From Octopus bimaculoides (lineage: Eukaryota): a stretch of 44,088 nucleotides of DNA. Position 1 is the first letter of the stretch. Each line of letters opens with the position of its first letter. The position numbers and the translations under genes are program-made. The notes beneath the pieces were generated by a model. That model saw only the letters and a list, made by a program, of their open reading frames with translations, ran no database searches and was not told where the DNA came from. Below, one piece after another: positions 22,301 through 37,300 of this stretch. The DNA lies in NCBI RefSeq assembly GCF_001194135.2, contig NC_069004.1, forward strand, positions 10,617,863-10,661,950, given 5' to 3'.

Positions 22301-25300
22301 CATATGTACGTACGTACGTATGAACGAATGAACAAATTAACGAACGTACGCACGTACGTACGTACGAAAGAAAGAACGAACAACCGAACCAACGAACAAA
22401 CAAACGAACGAACGAAAGAACAAACGTATGTACGTAGGCACGAAAGAAATATCGAACGAACGTACGAAAGAATGAACGAACAAACGTACGTGCGAAGGAA
22501 CGAACGAACAAACGAATGAATGATCGTACATACGTACGGAAGAACGAAACAAACGAAAGAGCGAAAGACCGAACGAAGTAACGAAAGAACGGACGAACGA
22601 ACGAACGAGAGAACGTACGTATGTTCCTACAGATATATATATGAATGAACGAACGAACGAACGTACATACGTACGTACGAACGAACGTATGTAAGAACGA
22701 ACGAACGTACGTACGGACGAACGAACGAATGAAACGAACGAACGACCAAATGAACGAACGTACGTACGTACGAAAGAAAGAAAGAACTAACGAACGAACG
22801 TCCGTACGTATATACCGATTTACGTACGTAAGTCCGTATGTAAGAACGAACGAACGATCGAACAAACGGACGAACGTACGTATATTCGTACTTACATATG
22901 TATGAATGAACGAACAAACAAGCGTTCGTATGTACTTATGTATGAATGAACGAACGTACGAACGTACGAATGTACGAACGAATGAATGTACGTACGTACG
23001 AACGAACGTACGTACGTACGAACGAACGTACGTACGTACGAAAGAATGATCATACGTATAAACAAATGATCGAAGGAAGGAAAGAGAGTGCGTACGTAAA
23101 TAAGTTCGTACGTACGAACGAATAAACGAAAGAAGGAACGTAATTACGAAAGAACGAACGAACGAATGAACGTACGTATGTTCCTACGTACATATATATG
23201 AATGAACGAACGAACGAACGAACGTACGAACGAACGTATGTCAGAACGAACGAAAGTACGGACGGACGAACGAAGAAAAACCGAACGAACAAAGAAATGA
23301 GCGTACGTTTGTACGAACGAACAACCGAACGAAAGAACGATCGAAAGTACGAACGATTGAACGAACGAACAAACGTACGTAGATACGAAAAAAAAACGAA
23401 CGAACAAAGAATTGAACGTACGTATGTACGAACGACAAACGAACGAACGAAAGAACAAACGAACGTACATAAGGAGATACATATGTACGTAAGTACGTAT
23501 GAACGAACCAACAAACTAACGAACTTACGCACGTACGTCCGAATGAACGTACGTACGTACGAACGAAAGAACGTACGTACGTACGAAGGAACGTACGAGC
23601 GAACGAACGAACAAACTAACGAACGTACACACGTCCGAACGAACGAACATAAGAAAAAATGAACGAACGATCGAACGAAAGAATGTACGTACGTACGAAA
23701 GAACGAACGAACGAACGAACAAACGTACGTACGTACTTGCGAAGGTACGAACGAACAAACGAACGAACGAACGAATGATCGTTCGTACGTACGGAAGAAC
23801 GAAACAAACAAACGAAAGAAAGAACGAAAGAACGAACGATCGAATGAAGCAAACAAACGAATGAACGAACGAGCGAAAGAACGAACGAAGTAACGAAAGA
23901 ATGGACGAACGAACGAAGGAGAGAACGATCGAGCAAACGAAAGAACGTACGTACGTACGTATGTATGAACAAACGATGGAACGAATGAACAAACAAACTT
24001 ACGTACATAGGAATGAACGCATGTGCGAACGAAACAAAGATCGAACGAAAAAAAAACCAACGAACGTACGTACATACATCCGTACGTAGGAACGAGCGAA
24101 CGAACGTACAAACGAAGGTACGTACGAACGACCGTACGTACGAATGAATGAACGTACGAACGATCGAACAAACGAACAAAGGAAAGATCGAAGTAACGAA
24201 TGAACGTACGTACTTACGTACGTAAGAACGAACGAACGAACATACGTATACGTATGTACGTAAGTACGAACGAACGAAGGTACGTACGTATGTACGTAAG
24301 TACGAACGAACGATCGAACGAACGAAAGAAAGAACGTAAGAACGTAATTACGTCCGTACGACGTAACAACGAAGGAGCGAACAAACAAATGAACGAACGA
24401 ACTAACGAACGAATGTACGCACGTACGTACGTAGAAACGAACGACCGTACGCACGTATGTACGTACGTACGAAACATGAAAGAAACGAATGAAAGAACGT
24501 AAGTACGTACGTAAGAACGAACGAACGACAGAATTAACGAACGAACGAAAGAAGGAACGAACAAATGTAGGTACATACGTACGAACGAACGGACAAGCAT
24601 ACGTTCGACGGAACAAACGAACGAACGAACGATTGAACGAACGAACGAACAAACGAAAGAACGAACGAAAGTACGTACGTACGAACGAACGAGCGAGCGA
24701 AAGATTGAAAGAACGAACGTACGTACGAAGAAAAACGAACGAACAAAGAAATGAACGTACGTATGTATGAACGAACAACCAAACGAAAGAACGATCGAAA
24801 GTACGAACGATTAAACGAACGAACGAACGTACGCAGGTACGAAAAAAAAACGAACGAACAAAGAATTGAACGTACGTATGTACGAACGACAAACGAACGA
24901 ACAAACGAACGTACATAAGGAGGTACATATGTGCGTACGTACGTATGAACGAACGAACAAACTAACGAACTTACGCACGAACGAAAGAACGTACGTACGT
25001 ACGTACGAAGGAACATACGAGCGAACGAACGAACAAACGTACGTACATACTTGCGAAGGTACGAACGAACAAACGAACGAACGAACGAATGATCGTACGG
25101 ACGTACGTACGGAAGAACGAAACAAACGAACGAACGAGCGAGTGAAAGATTGAAAGAACGAACGTACGTACGAAAAAAACGAACGCACAAAGAAATGAAC
25201 GTACGTTTGTACGAACGAACAACCGAACGAAAGAACGATCGAAAGTACGAACGATTGAACGAACGAACGAACGTACGTAGATACAAAAAAAACGAACGAA

Positions 25301-28300
25301 CAAAGAATTGAACGTACGTATGTACGAACGACAAACGAACGAACGAACGAACAAACGAACGTACATAATGAGGTACATATGTACGTACGTACGTATGAAC
25401 GAACGAACAAACTAACGAACTTACGCACGTACGTCCGAACGAACGAACGAACGTACGTACGTACGAAAGAAAGAACGTACGTACGTACGTACGAACGTAC
25501 GAAGGAAAGTACGAACGAACGAACGTACGAGCGAACGAAAGAACAAATTAACGAACGTAAGCACGTACGTACGAACGAACGTAAGAAAAAAATGAACGAC
25601 CGATTGAACGAAAGAATGTACGTACGTACGAAAGAACGAACGAACGAACAAACGTACGTACGTACTTGCGAAGGTACGTACGAACAAACGAATGAACGAA
25701 CGAATGATCGTACGTACGTACGGAAGAACGAAACAAACGAACGAAAGAAAGAACGAACGAACAAGAGAACGACCGAAAGACCGAACGATCAAACGAAGCA
25801 AACAAACGAATAAACGAACGAGCGAAAGAACAAATGAAGTAACGAAAGAATGGACGACCGAACGATGGAGAGAACGATCGAGCAAACGAAAGAACGTACG
25901 TACGTAAGTATGTACGAACAAACGATGGANNNNNNNNNNNNNNNNNNNNNNNNNNNNNNNNNNNNNNNNNNNNNNNNNNNNNNNNNNNNNNNNNNNNNNN
26001 NNNNNNNNNNNNNNNNNNNNNNNNNNNNNNNNNNNNNNNNNNNNNNNNNNNNNNNNNNNNNNNNNNNNNNNNNNNNNNNNNNNNNNNNNNNNNNNNNNNN
26101 NNNNNNNNNNNNNNNNNNNNNNNNNNNNNNNNNNNNNNNNNNNNNNNNNNNNNNNNNNNNNNNNNNNNNNNNNTACGTACGAACGAACGAATTTAAGGAA
26201 AGAACGACCAAAAGAACGAAAGAACATGAAAGAAACGAATGAAAGAACGTAAGAACGTACGTAAGAACGAACGAACGACAGAATTAAAGAACGAACGAAA
26301 GAAGGAACGAACGATCGAACAAAAGAATTAACGAACAAATGTAGGCACATAATTACGAACGAACGAACAAGCGTACGTACGACGGAACAAACGAACGAAC
26401 GAATGATTGAACGAACGAAAGAACAAACGAAAGAACGAACGAAAGTACGTACGTACGAACGAACGAGCGACCGAAAGATTGAAAGAACGAACGTACTTAC
26501 GAAAAAAAACCGAACGCACAAAGAAATGAACGTACGTTTGTACGAACGAAAGAACGATCGAAAGTACGAACAATTGAACGAACGACCGATTGAACGAAAG
26601 AATGTACGTACGTACGAAATAACGAACGAACGAACAAACGTACGTACGTACTTGCGAAGGTACGAACGAACAAACGAACGAACGAACGAATTATCGTACG
26701 TAACTACGGAAGAAAGAAACAAACGAACGAACGAAAGAATGAACGAACGAAAGAACAAACAATCGAACGAAGCAAACAAACGAATGAACGAACGAACGAA
26801 AGAACGGACGAAGTAGCGAAAGAATGGACGAACGAACGAACGAGAGAACGATCGAGCAAAGGAAAGAACGTACGTACGTACGTATGTACGAACAAACGAA
26901 GGAACAAATGAACAAACAAACTTACGTACGTAGGAACGAACGCAGGTGTGAACGTAAGAAAGATCGAACGAAAAAACAAACGAACGTACGAACGAACGAA
27001 CGTATGTACAAACATCCGTACGTAGGAACGAGCGAACGAGCGAACGAACGTATGTACGTACGAACGAAAGGACTAACGTACATCCATACATACGAACGAA
27101 CGAATTTAAGGAAAGAACGAACACACGGACGAAAGAACGATTGAACATATGTACGTACATACGTAAGAATGAACGTACGAACGAGCGTACGTACGAACGA
27201 CCGTACGTACGTACGAATGAATGAACGTACGTACGTACGAACGAACGTATGAACGTACGTACGTACGAACGAACGTATGAATAAACGAAGGAAAGAAAAA
27301 AGTAACGAATGAACGTACGTACTCACGTACGTGAGAACGAACGAAAGAACGTACGAAGGAACGAGCGAACGAACGAACAAACTAACGAACGTACGCACGT
27401 ACGTACGAACGAACGAACGTACGAATGAATGAACGGACGATTGAACGAAAGAATGTACGTACGTACGAAAGAACGAACGAATGAATGAACGAACAAGCGT
27501 ACGTACATACGTACGAAGTTAGGAACGAACAAACGAACGAACGAACGAATTATCGTACGTACGAAGTAGCGAAAGAATGGACGAACGAACGAACGAGAGA
27601 ACGATCGAGCAAAGGAAAGAACGTACGTACGTATGTACGAACAAACGAAGGAACAAATGAACAAACAAACTTACATACGTAGGAACGAACGCAGGTGTGA
27701 ACGAAAGAAAGAACGAACGAAGAAACAAACGAACGTACGTACGAACGAACGAACGTACGTACGTACGTACGTACGAACGAAAGAACTAAAGTACATCCAT
27801 ACATACGAACGAACGAATTTAAGGAAAGAACGAACATACGGACGAAAGAATGATTGAACATATGTACGTACATACGTAAGAATGAACGTACGAACGAAAG
27901 AAAGAACGAACGAACAAGAGAACGAACGAACGAAAGAACGAGCGAACGAACAAACTAACGAACGTAAGCACGTACGTACGAACGAACGTAAGAAAAAAAA
28001 TGAACGACCGATTGAACGAAAGAATGTACGTACGTACGAAAGAACGAACGAAACGAACAAACGTACGTACGTACTTGCGAAGGTGCGAACGAACAAACGA
28101 ACGAACGAACGTACCTACGAACGAACAAATGAACGAAAGAACGTACGAAGGAACGAGCGAACGAACGATCAAACTAACGAACGAACGTACGAATGAATGA
28201 ACGAACGATTGAACGAAAGAATGTACGTACGTAAGAAAGAACGAACGAATGAACGAACAAGCGTACGTACATACGTACGAAGATACGAACGAACAAACGA

Positions 28301-31300
28301 ACGAACGAACGAACGAATTATCGTACGGACCTTCGGAAGAAAGAAACAAACGAACGAACGAAAAAATGAACGAACGAAAGAACGAACAATCGAACGAAGC
28401 AAATGAACGAACGAACGAAAAAACGGACGAAGTAGCGAAAGAATGGACGAAAGAACGAACGAGAGAACGATCGAGCAAAGGAAAGAACGTACGTACGTAC
28501 GTACGTATGTACGAACAAACGAAGGAACAAATGAACAAACAAACTTACGTACGTAGGAACGAACGCAGGTGTGAACGAAAGAAAGATCGAACGAAAAAAC
28601 AAACGAACGTACGTACGAACGAACGTATGTACAAACTTCCGTACGTAGGAACGAGCGAACGAGCGAACGAGCGAACGAACGTACGTACGTACGTACGAAC
28701 GAAAGGACTAACGAAAATCCATACATACGAACGAACGAATTTAAGGAAAGAACGAACAAACGGACGAAAGAACGATTGAACATATGTACGTACATACGTA
28801 AGAATGAACTACGAACGAGCGTAAGTACGTACGAACGATCAAACGAACGAACGAATGTAAGAACGAAGTAACGAATGAACGTACGTAATTTTGTACGTAA
28901 GAACGAACGAATGGACGAACGAACGATGGAGAGAACGATCGAGCAAACGAAAGAACGTACGTACGTAAGTATGTACGAACAAACGATGGAACGAATGAAC
29001 AAACAAACTTACGTACGTAGGAATGAACGCATGTGCGAACGAAAGAAAGATCGAACGAAAAAACAAACGAACGTACGTACGAACGAACGAATGTGCGTAC
29101 ATACATCCGTACGTAGGAACGAGCGAACGAACGTACGAACGAAAGACCTAACGTACATCCATACATACGAACAAACGAAGGAAAGAAAGAAGTAACGAAT
29201 GAACGTACGTACTCACGTACGTGAGAACGAACGAACGAACGAACGTACGTACGAACTAACAAATGAACGAAAGAACGTACGAAGGAACGAGCGAACGAAC
29301 GAACAAACTAACGAACGTACGCACGTACGAACGAACGAACGTACGGATGAATGAACGAACGATTGAACGAAAGAATGTACGTACGTACGAAAGAACGAAC
29401 GAACGAATGAACGAACAAGCGTACGTACATACGTACGAAGATACGAACGAACAAACGAACGAACGAAAGAATAAACGAACGAAAGAACGAACAATCGAAC
29501 GAAGCAAACAAACGAATGAACGACCGAACGAAAGAATGGACGAAGTAGCGAAAGAATAGACGAACGAACGAACGAGAGAACGATCGAGCAAAGGAAAGAA
29601 CGTACGTACGTACGTATTTACGAACGAACGAACGAGAGAACGATCGAGCAAAGGAAAGAACGTACGTACGTACGTATGTACGAACAAATGAAGGAACAAA
29701 TGAACAAACAAACTTACGTACGTAGGAACGAACGCAGGTGTGAACGAAAGAAAGATCGAACGAAAAAACAAACGAACGTACGTACATACATCCGTACGTA
29801 GAAACGAGCGAAGGAGCGAACGAACGTACGTACGAACGAAAGGACTAACTGCGAAGTTACGAACGAACAAACGGACGAACGAACGAATGATCGTACGTAC
29901 GTTCGGAAGAACGAACGAAGTAACGAAAGAATGGACGAACGAACGATGGAGAGAACGATCGAGCAAACGAAAGAACGTAAGTACGTACGTATGTACGAAC
30001 AAACGATGGAACGTATGTACGTACATACGTAAGAATGAACGTACGAACGAGCGGACGTACGAACGACCGTACGTACGTACGAATGAATGAACGAACGATT
30101 GAACGAAAGAATGTACGTACGTACGAAAGAACGAACAAGCGTACGTACATACGTACGAAGATACGAACGAACAAGCGAACGAACGAACGAATTATCGTAG
30201 GTACCTACGGAAGAAAGAAACAAACGAACGAACGAAAGAATGAACGAACGAAAGAACGAACAATCGAACGAAGCAAACAAACGAATGAACGAACGAGAGA
30301 ACGATCGAGCAAAGGAAAGTACGTACGTACGTATGTACGAACAAACGAAGGAACAAATGAACAAACAAACTTACCTACGTAGGAACGAACGCAGGTGTGA
30401 ACGAAAGAAAGATCGAACGAAAAAACAAACGAACGTACGTACATACATCCGTACGTAGGAACGAGTGAACGAGCGAACGAACGTACGTACGAACGAAAGG
30501 ACGAACAATAGAACGAAGCAAACAAACGAATGAACGAACGAACGAAAGAACGGACGAAGTAGCGAAAGAATGGACGAACGAAGGAACGTACATACATACA
30601 TCCGTACGTAGGAACGAGCGAACGAGCGAACGAACGTACGTGCGTACGTACGTACGTACGTATGTACGAACAAACGAAGGAACAAATGAACAAACAAACT
30701 TACGTACGTAGGAACGAACGCAGGTGTGAACGAAAGAAAGATCGAACGAAAAAACAAACGAACGTACGTACGAACGAACGAACGTACGTACATACATCCG
30801 TACGTAGGAACGAGCGAACGAACGTACGTACTNNNNNNNNNNNNNNNNNNNNNNNNNNNNNNNNNNNNNNNNNNNNNNNNNNNNNNNNNNNNGAAAGGAC
30901 AAACAATCGAACGAAGCAAACAAACGAATGAACGAACGAACGAAAGAACGGACGAAGTAGCGAAAGAATGGACGAACGAACGAACGAGCGAGAGAACGAT
31001 CGAGCAAAGGAAAGAACGTACGTACGTACGTACGTACGTACGTACGTATGTACGAACAAACGAAGGAACAAATGAACAAACTTACGTACGTAGGAACGAA
31101 CGCAGGTGTGAACGAAAGAAAGATCGAACGAAAAAACAAACGAACGTACGTACGAACGAACGAACGTACGTACATACATCCGTACGTAGGAACGAGCGAA
31201 CGAACGTACGTACTTACGAACGAAAGAACTAACGTACATCCATACATACGAACGAACGAATTTAAGGAAAGAACGAATAAACGGACGAAAGAACGATTGA

Positions 31301-34300
31301 ACATAGGTACGTACATACGTAAGAATGAACTACGAACGAGCGTACGTACGAACGAACGATCGAACGAACGAACGAAGGTAAGAACGAAGTAACGAATGAA
31401 CGTACGTAATTTTGTACGTAAGAACGAACAGACGAATGATGGTACGTACCTACGGAAGAACGAAACAAATGAACGAAAGAAATAACGAACGAACAAGAGA
31501 ACAAACGAACGAAGGAACGAACGATCGAACGAAGCAAACAAACGAATGAACGAACGAGCGAAAGAACAAACGAAGTAACGAAGGAATGGACGAACGAACG
31601 ATGGAGAGAACGATCGAGCAAACGAAAGAACGTACGTACGTAAGTATGTACGAACAAACGATGGAACGAATGAACAAACAAACTTACGTACGTAGGAATG
31701 AACGCATGTGCGAACGAAAGAAAGATCGAACGAAAAAACAAACGAACGTACGTACGAACAAACGAATGTGCGTATATACATCCGTACGTAGGAACGAGCG
31801 AACGAACGTACGAACGAAAGACCTAACGTACATCCATACATACGAACGAACGAATTTAAGGAAAGAACGAACAAACGAACGAAAGAACGATTGAACGTAT
31901 GTACGTACATACGTGAGAATGAACGTACGAACGAGCGTACGTACGAACGACCGTACGTACGTACGAATGAATGAACATACGTACGTACGAACGATCGAAT
32001 GAACAAACGAAGGAGAGAAAGAAGTAACGAATGAACGTACGTACTCACGTACGTGCGAGCGAAAGAACGAACGAATGTACGTACGAACGAACAAATGAAC
32101 GAAAGAACGTACGAAGGAACGAGCGAACGAACGAACAAACTAACGAACCTAGGCACGTACGTACGAACGAACGAACGTACGAATGAATGAACGAACGATT
32201 GAACGAAAGAATGTACGTACGTACGAAAGAACGAACGAACGAATGAACGAACAAGCGTACGTACATACGTACGAAGATACGAACGAACAAACGAACGAAT
32301 GAATGAATTATCGTACGTACCTACGGAAGAAAGAAACAAACGAACGAACGAAAGAATAAACGAACGAAAGAACGAACAATCGAACGAAGCAAACAAACGA
32401 AAGAACGGACGAAGTAGCGAAAGAATGGACGAACGAGAGAACGATCGAGCAAAGGAAAGAACGTACGTACGTACGTATGTACGAACAAACGAAGGAACAA
32501 ATGAACAAACAAACTTACGTACGTAGGAACGAACGCAGGTGTGAACGAAAGAAAGATCGAACGAAAAAACAAACAAACGTACGTACGAACGAACGAACGT
32601 ACGTACATACATCCGTACGTAGGAACGAGCGAAGAAGCGAACGAACGTACGTACGTACGAACGAAAGGACTAACTGCGAAGTTACGAACGAACAAACGAA
32701 CGAACGAACGAATGATCGTACGTACGTACGGAAGAACGAACGAAGTAACGAAAGAATGGACGAACGAACGATGGAGAGAACGATCGATGAAACGAAAGAA
32801 CTACGTACGAACAAACGATGGAACGTATGTACGTACATACGTAAGAATGAACGTACGAACGAGCGGACGTACGAACGACCGTACGTACGTACGAATAAAT
32901 GAACGTACGTACGTACGAACGTACGAATGAACAAACCGAAGGAAAGAAAGAAGTAACGAATGAACGTACGTCCTCACGTACGTGAGACCGAACGAACAAA
33001 CGAACGAACGTACGTACGAACGAACAAATGAACGAAAGAACGTACGAAGGAACGAGCGAACGAACGAACAAACTAACGAACGTACGCACGTACGTACGAA
33101 CGAACGTAAGAAAAAAATGAACGACCGATTGAACGAAAGAATGTACGTACGTACGAAAGAACGAACGAACGAACGTACCTACGAACGAACAAATGAACGA
33201 AAGAACGTATGAAGGAACGAGCGAACGAACGAACAAACCAACGAACGTACGCACGTAAGTACAAACGAACGAACGTACGAACGAATGAACGAACGATTGA
33301 ACGAAAGAATGTACGTACGTACGAAAGAACGAATGAACGAACAAGCGTACGTACATACGTACGAAGATACGAAAGAACAAACGAACGAACGAACGAATTA
33401 TCGTACGTACCTACGGAAGAAAGAAACAAACGAAAGAATGAACGAACGAAAGAACGAACAATCGAACGAAACAAACAAACGAACGACCGTACGTACGTAC
33501 GAATAAATGAACGTACGAATAAATGAACGTACGTACGTACGAACGTACGAATGTACAAACCGAAGGAAAGAAAGAAGTAACGAATGAACGTACGTACTCA
33601 CGTACGTGAGACCGGACGAACAAACGAACGAACGTACGTACGAATGAACGAAAGAACGTACGACGGAACGAGCGAACGAACGAACAAACTAACGAACGTA
33701 CGCACGTATGTACGAACGAACGTAAGAAAATAATGAACGACCGATTGAACGAAAGAATGTACGTACGTACGAAAGAACGAACGAACGAATGAACGAACAA
33801 GCGTACGTACATACGTACGAAAATACGAAAGAACAAACGAACGAACGAACGGACGAACGGATTATCGTACGTACCTACGGAAGAAAGAAACAAACGAAAG
33901 AACGAAAGAATGAACGAACGTACGAAAGAACGGACGAAGTAGCGAAAGAATGGACGAACGAACGAACGAGAGAACGATCGAGCAAAGGAAAGAACATACG
34001 CACGTACGTATGTACGAACAAACGAAGGAACAAATGAACAAACAAACTTACGTACGTAGGAACGAACGCAGGTGTGAACGAGAGAAAGATCGAACGAAAA
34101 AACAAACGAACGTACGTACATATATCCGTACGTAGGAACGAGCGAACGAACGTACGTACGTACGAACGAAAGGACAAACAATCAAACGAACGAACGAATT
34201 ATCGTACGTACCTACGGAAGAAAGAAACAAACGAACGAACGAAAGAATGAATGAACGAAATAACGAACAATCGAACGAAGCAAACAAACGAATGAACGAA

Positions 34301-37300
34301 CGAACGAAAGAACGGACGAAGTAGCGAAAGAATGGACGAACAAACGAACGAGAGAACGATCGAGCAAAGTAAAGAACGTACGTACGTACGTATGTACGAA
34401 CAAACGAAGGAACAAATGAACAAACAAACTTAGGTACGTAGGAACGAACGCAGGTGTGAACGAATGAAAGATCGAACGAAAAAACAAACGAACGAAGGAA
34501 CGTAGTACATACATCCGTACGTAGGAACGAGCGAACGAGCGAACGAACGTACGTACGTACGAACGAAAGGACAAACAATCGAACGAAGCAAACAATCGAA
34601 TGAACGACCTAACGAACGAACGGATGAAGTAGCGAAAGAATGGACGAACGAACGAACGAGAGAACGATCGAGCAAAGGAAAGAACGTACGTACGCACGTA
34701 TGTACGAAGAAACGAAGGAACAAATGAACAAACAAACTTACGTACGTAGGAACGAACGCAGGTGTGAACGAAAGAAAGATCGAACGAAAAAACAAACGAA
34801 CGTACGTACGAACGAACGAACGTACGTACATACATCCGTACGTAGGAACAAGCGAACGAGCGAACGAACGTACGTACGTACGAATGAAAGGACGAACAAT
34901 CGAACGAAAGAAGGATTGAACGTATGTAAGTACATACGTAAGAATGAACGTACGAACGACCGTACGTACGTACGAATGAATGAACATACGTACGTACGAA
35001 CGATCGAATGAACAAACGAAGAAAAGAAAGAAGTAACGAATGAACGTACGTACTCACGTACGTGAGAACGAACGAACAAATGAACGAAAGAACGTACGAA
35101 GGAACGAGCGAACGAACGAACATACATCCGTACGTAGGAACGAGCGAACGAACGTACGTACGTACGAACGAATGGACTAACGTACATCCACACATACGAA
35201 CGAACGAACTTAAGGAAAGAACGAACAAACGGACGAAAGAACGATTGAACATATGTACGTACATACGTAAGAATGAACGTACGAACGAGCGTGCGTACGA
35301 ACAAACGATCGAACGAACGAACGAAGGTAAGAACGAAGTAAATAATGAACGAACGTAATTTTGTACGTAAGAAAGAACGATCGAATGATGGTACGTACGT
35401 ACGGAAGATCGAAACAAAGGAACGAAAGAAAGAACGAACGAACAAGAGAACGAACGAACGTAAGCACGTACGTACGAACGAACGTAAGAAAAAAATGAAC
35501 GGCCGATTGAACGAAAGAATTAGGTACGTACGTACTTGCGAAGGTACGAACGAACAAACGAACGAACGAACGAACGAACGTACCTACGAACGAACAAATG
35601 AACGAAAGAACGTACGAAGGAACGAGCGAACGAACGAACAAACTAACGAATGTACGCACGTACGTACGAACGAACGAACGTACGAATGAATGAACGAACG
35701 ATTGAACGAAAGAATGTACGTACGTACGAATATACGAACGAACAAACGAACGAACGAACGAATTATCATACGTACCTACGGAAGAAAGAAACAAACGAAC
35801 GAACGAACGAATGAACGTACGAACGAGAGGACGTACGAACGACCGTACGGACGTACGAATGAATGAACGTACGTACGTACGAACGATCGACTGAACAAAC
35901 GAAGGAAAGAAAGAAGTAACGAATGAATGTACGTACTCACGTGCGTGAGTACGAACGAACGAACGAACGAACAAACTAACAAACGTACGCACGTACGTAC
36001 GAACGAACGAACGTACGAATGAATGAACGAACGATTGAACGAAAGAATGTACGTACGTACGAAAGAACGAACGAACGAATGAACGAACAAACGTACGTAC
36101 ATACGTTCGAAGATACGAGCGAACAAACGAACGAATGAACGAATTATCGTACGTACCTACGGAAGAAAGAAAGAAACGAACGAACGAAAGAATGAACGAA
36201 CGAAAGAACGAACAATCGAACGAAGCAAACAAACGAATGAACGAACGAACGAAAGAACGGACGAAGTAGCGAAAGAATGGACGAACGAACGAACGAGAGA
36301 ACGATCGAGCAAAGGAAAGAACGTACGTACGTATGTATGTCCGAACAAACGAAGGAACAAATGAACAAACAAACTTACGTACGTAGGAACGAACGCATGT
36401 GTGAACGAATGAAAGATCGAACGAAAAAACAATCGAACATACGTACGAACGAACGAACGTACGTACATACATCCGTACGTAGGAACAAGCGAACGAGCGA
36501 ACGAACGTACGTACGTACGAATGAAAGGACGAACAATCGAACGAAGCAAACAAACGAATGAACGAACGAACGAAAGAACGGACGAAGTAGCGAAAGAATG
36601 GACGAACGAACGAACGAGAGAACGATCGAGGNNNNNNNNNNNNNNNNNNNNNNNNNNNNNNNNNNNNNNNNNNNNNNNNNNNNNNNNNNNNNNNNNNNNN
36701 NNNNNNNNNNNNNNNNNNNNNNNNNNNNNNNNNNNNNNNNNNNNNNNNNNNNNNNNNNNNNNNNNNNNNNNNNNNNNNNNNNNNNNNNNNNNNNNNNNNN
36801 NNNNNNNNNNNNNNNNNNNNNNNNNNNNNNNNNNNNNNNNNNNNNNNNNNATACGTACGAACGAACGAACGTACGTACATACATCCGTACGTAGGAACAA
36901 GCGAACGAGCGAACGAACGTACGTACGTACGAATGAAAGGACGAACAATCGAACGAAGCAAACAAACGAATGAACGAACGAACGAAAGAACGGACGAAGT
37001 AGCGAAAGAATGGACGAACGAACGAACGAGAGAACGATCGAGGAAAGGAAAGAGCGTACGTACGTACGTATGTACGAACAAACGAAGGAACAAATGAACA
37101 AACAAACTTACGTACGTAGGAACGAACGCAGGTGTGAACGAAAGGAGGATCGAACGAAAAAACAAGCGAACGTACGTACGAACGAACGAACGTACGTACA
37201 TACATCCGTACGCAGGAACGAGCGAACGAACGTACTTACGTACGAAAGAAAGGACTAATTGCGAAGTTACGAACGAACAAACGAACGAACGAACGAATGA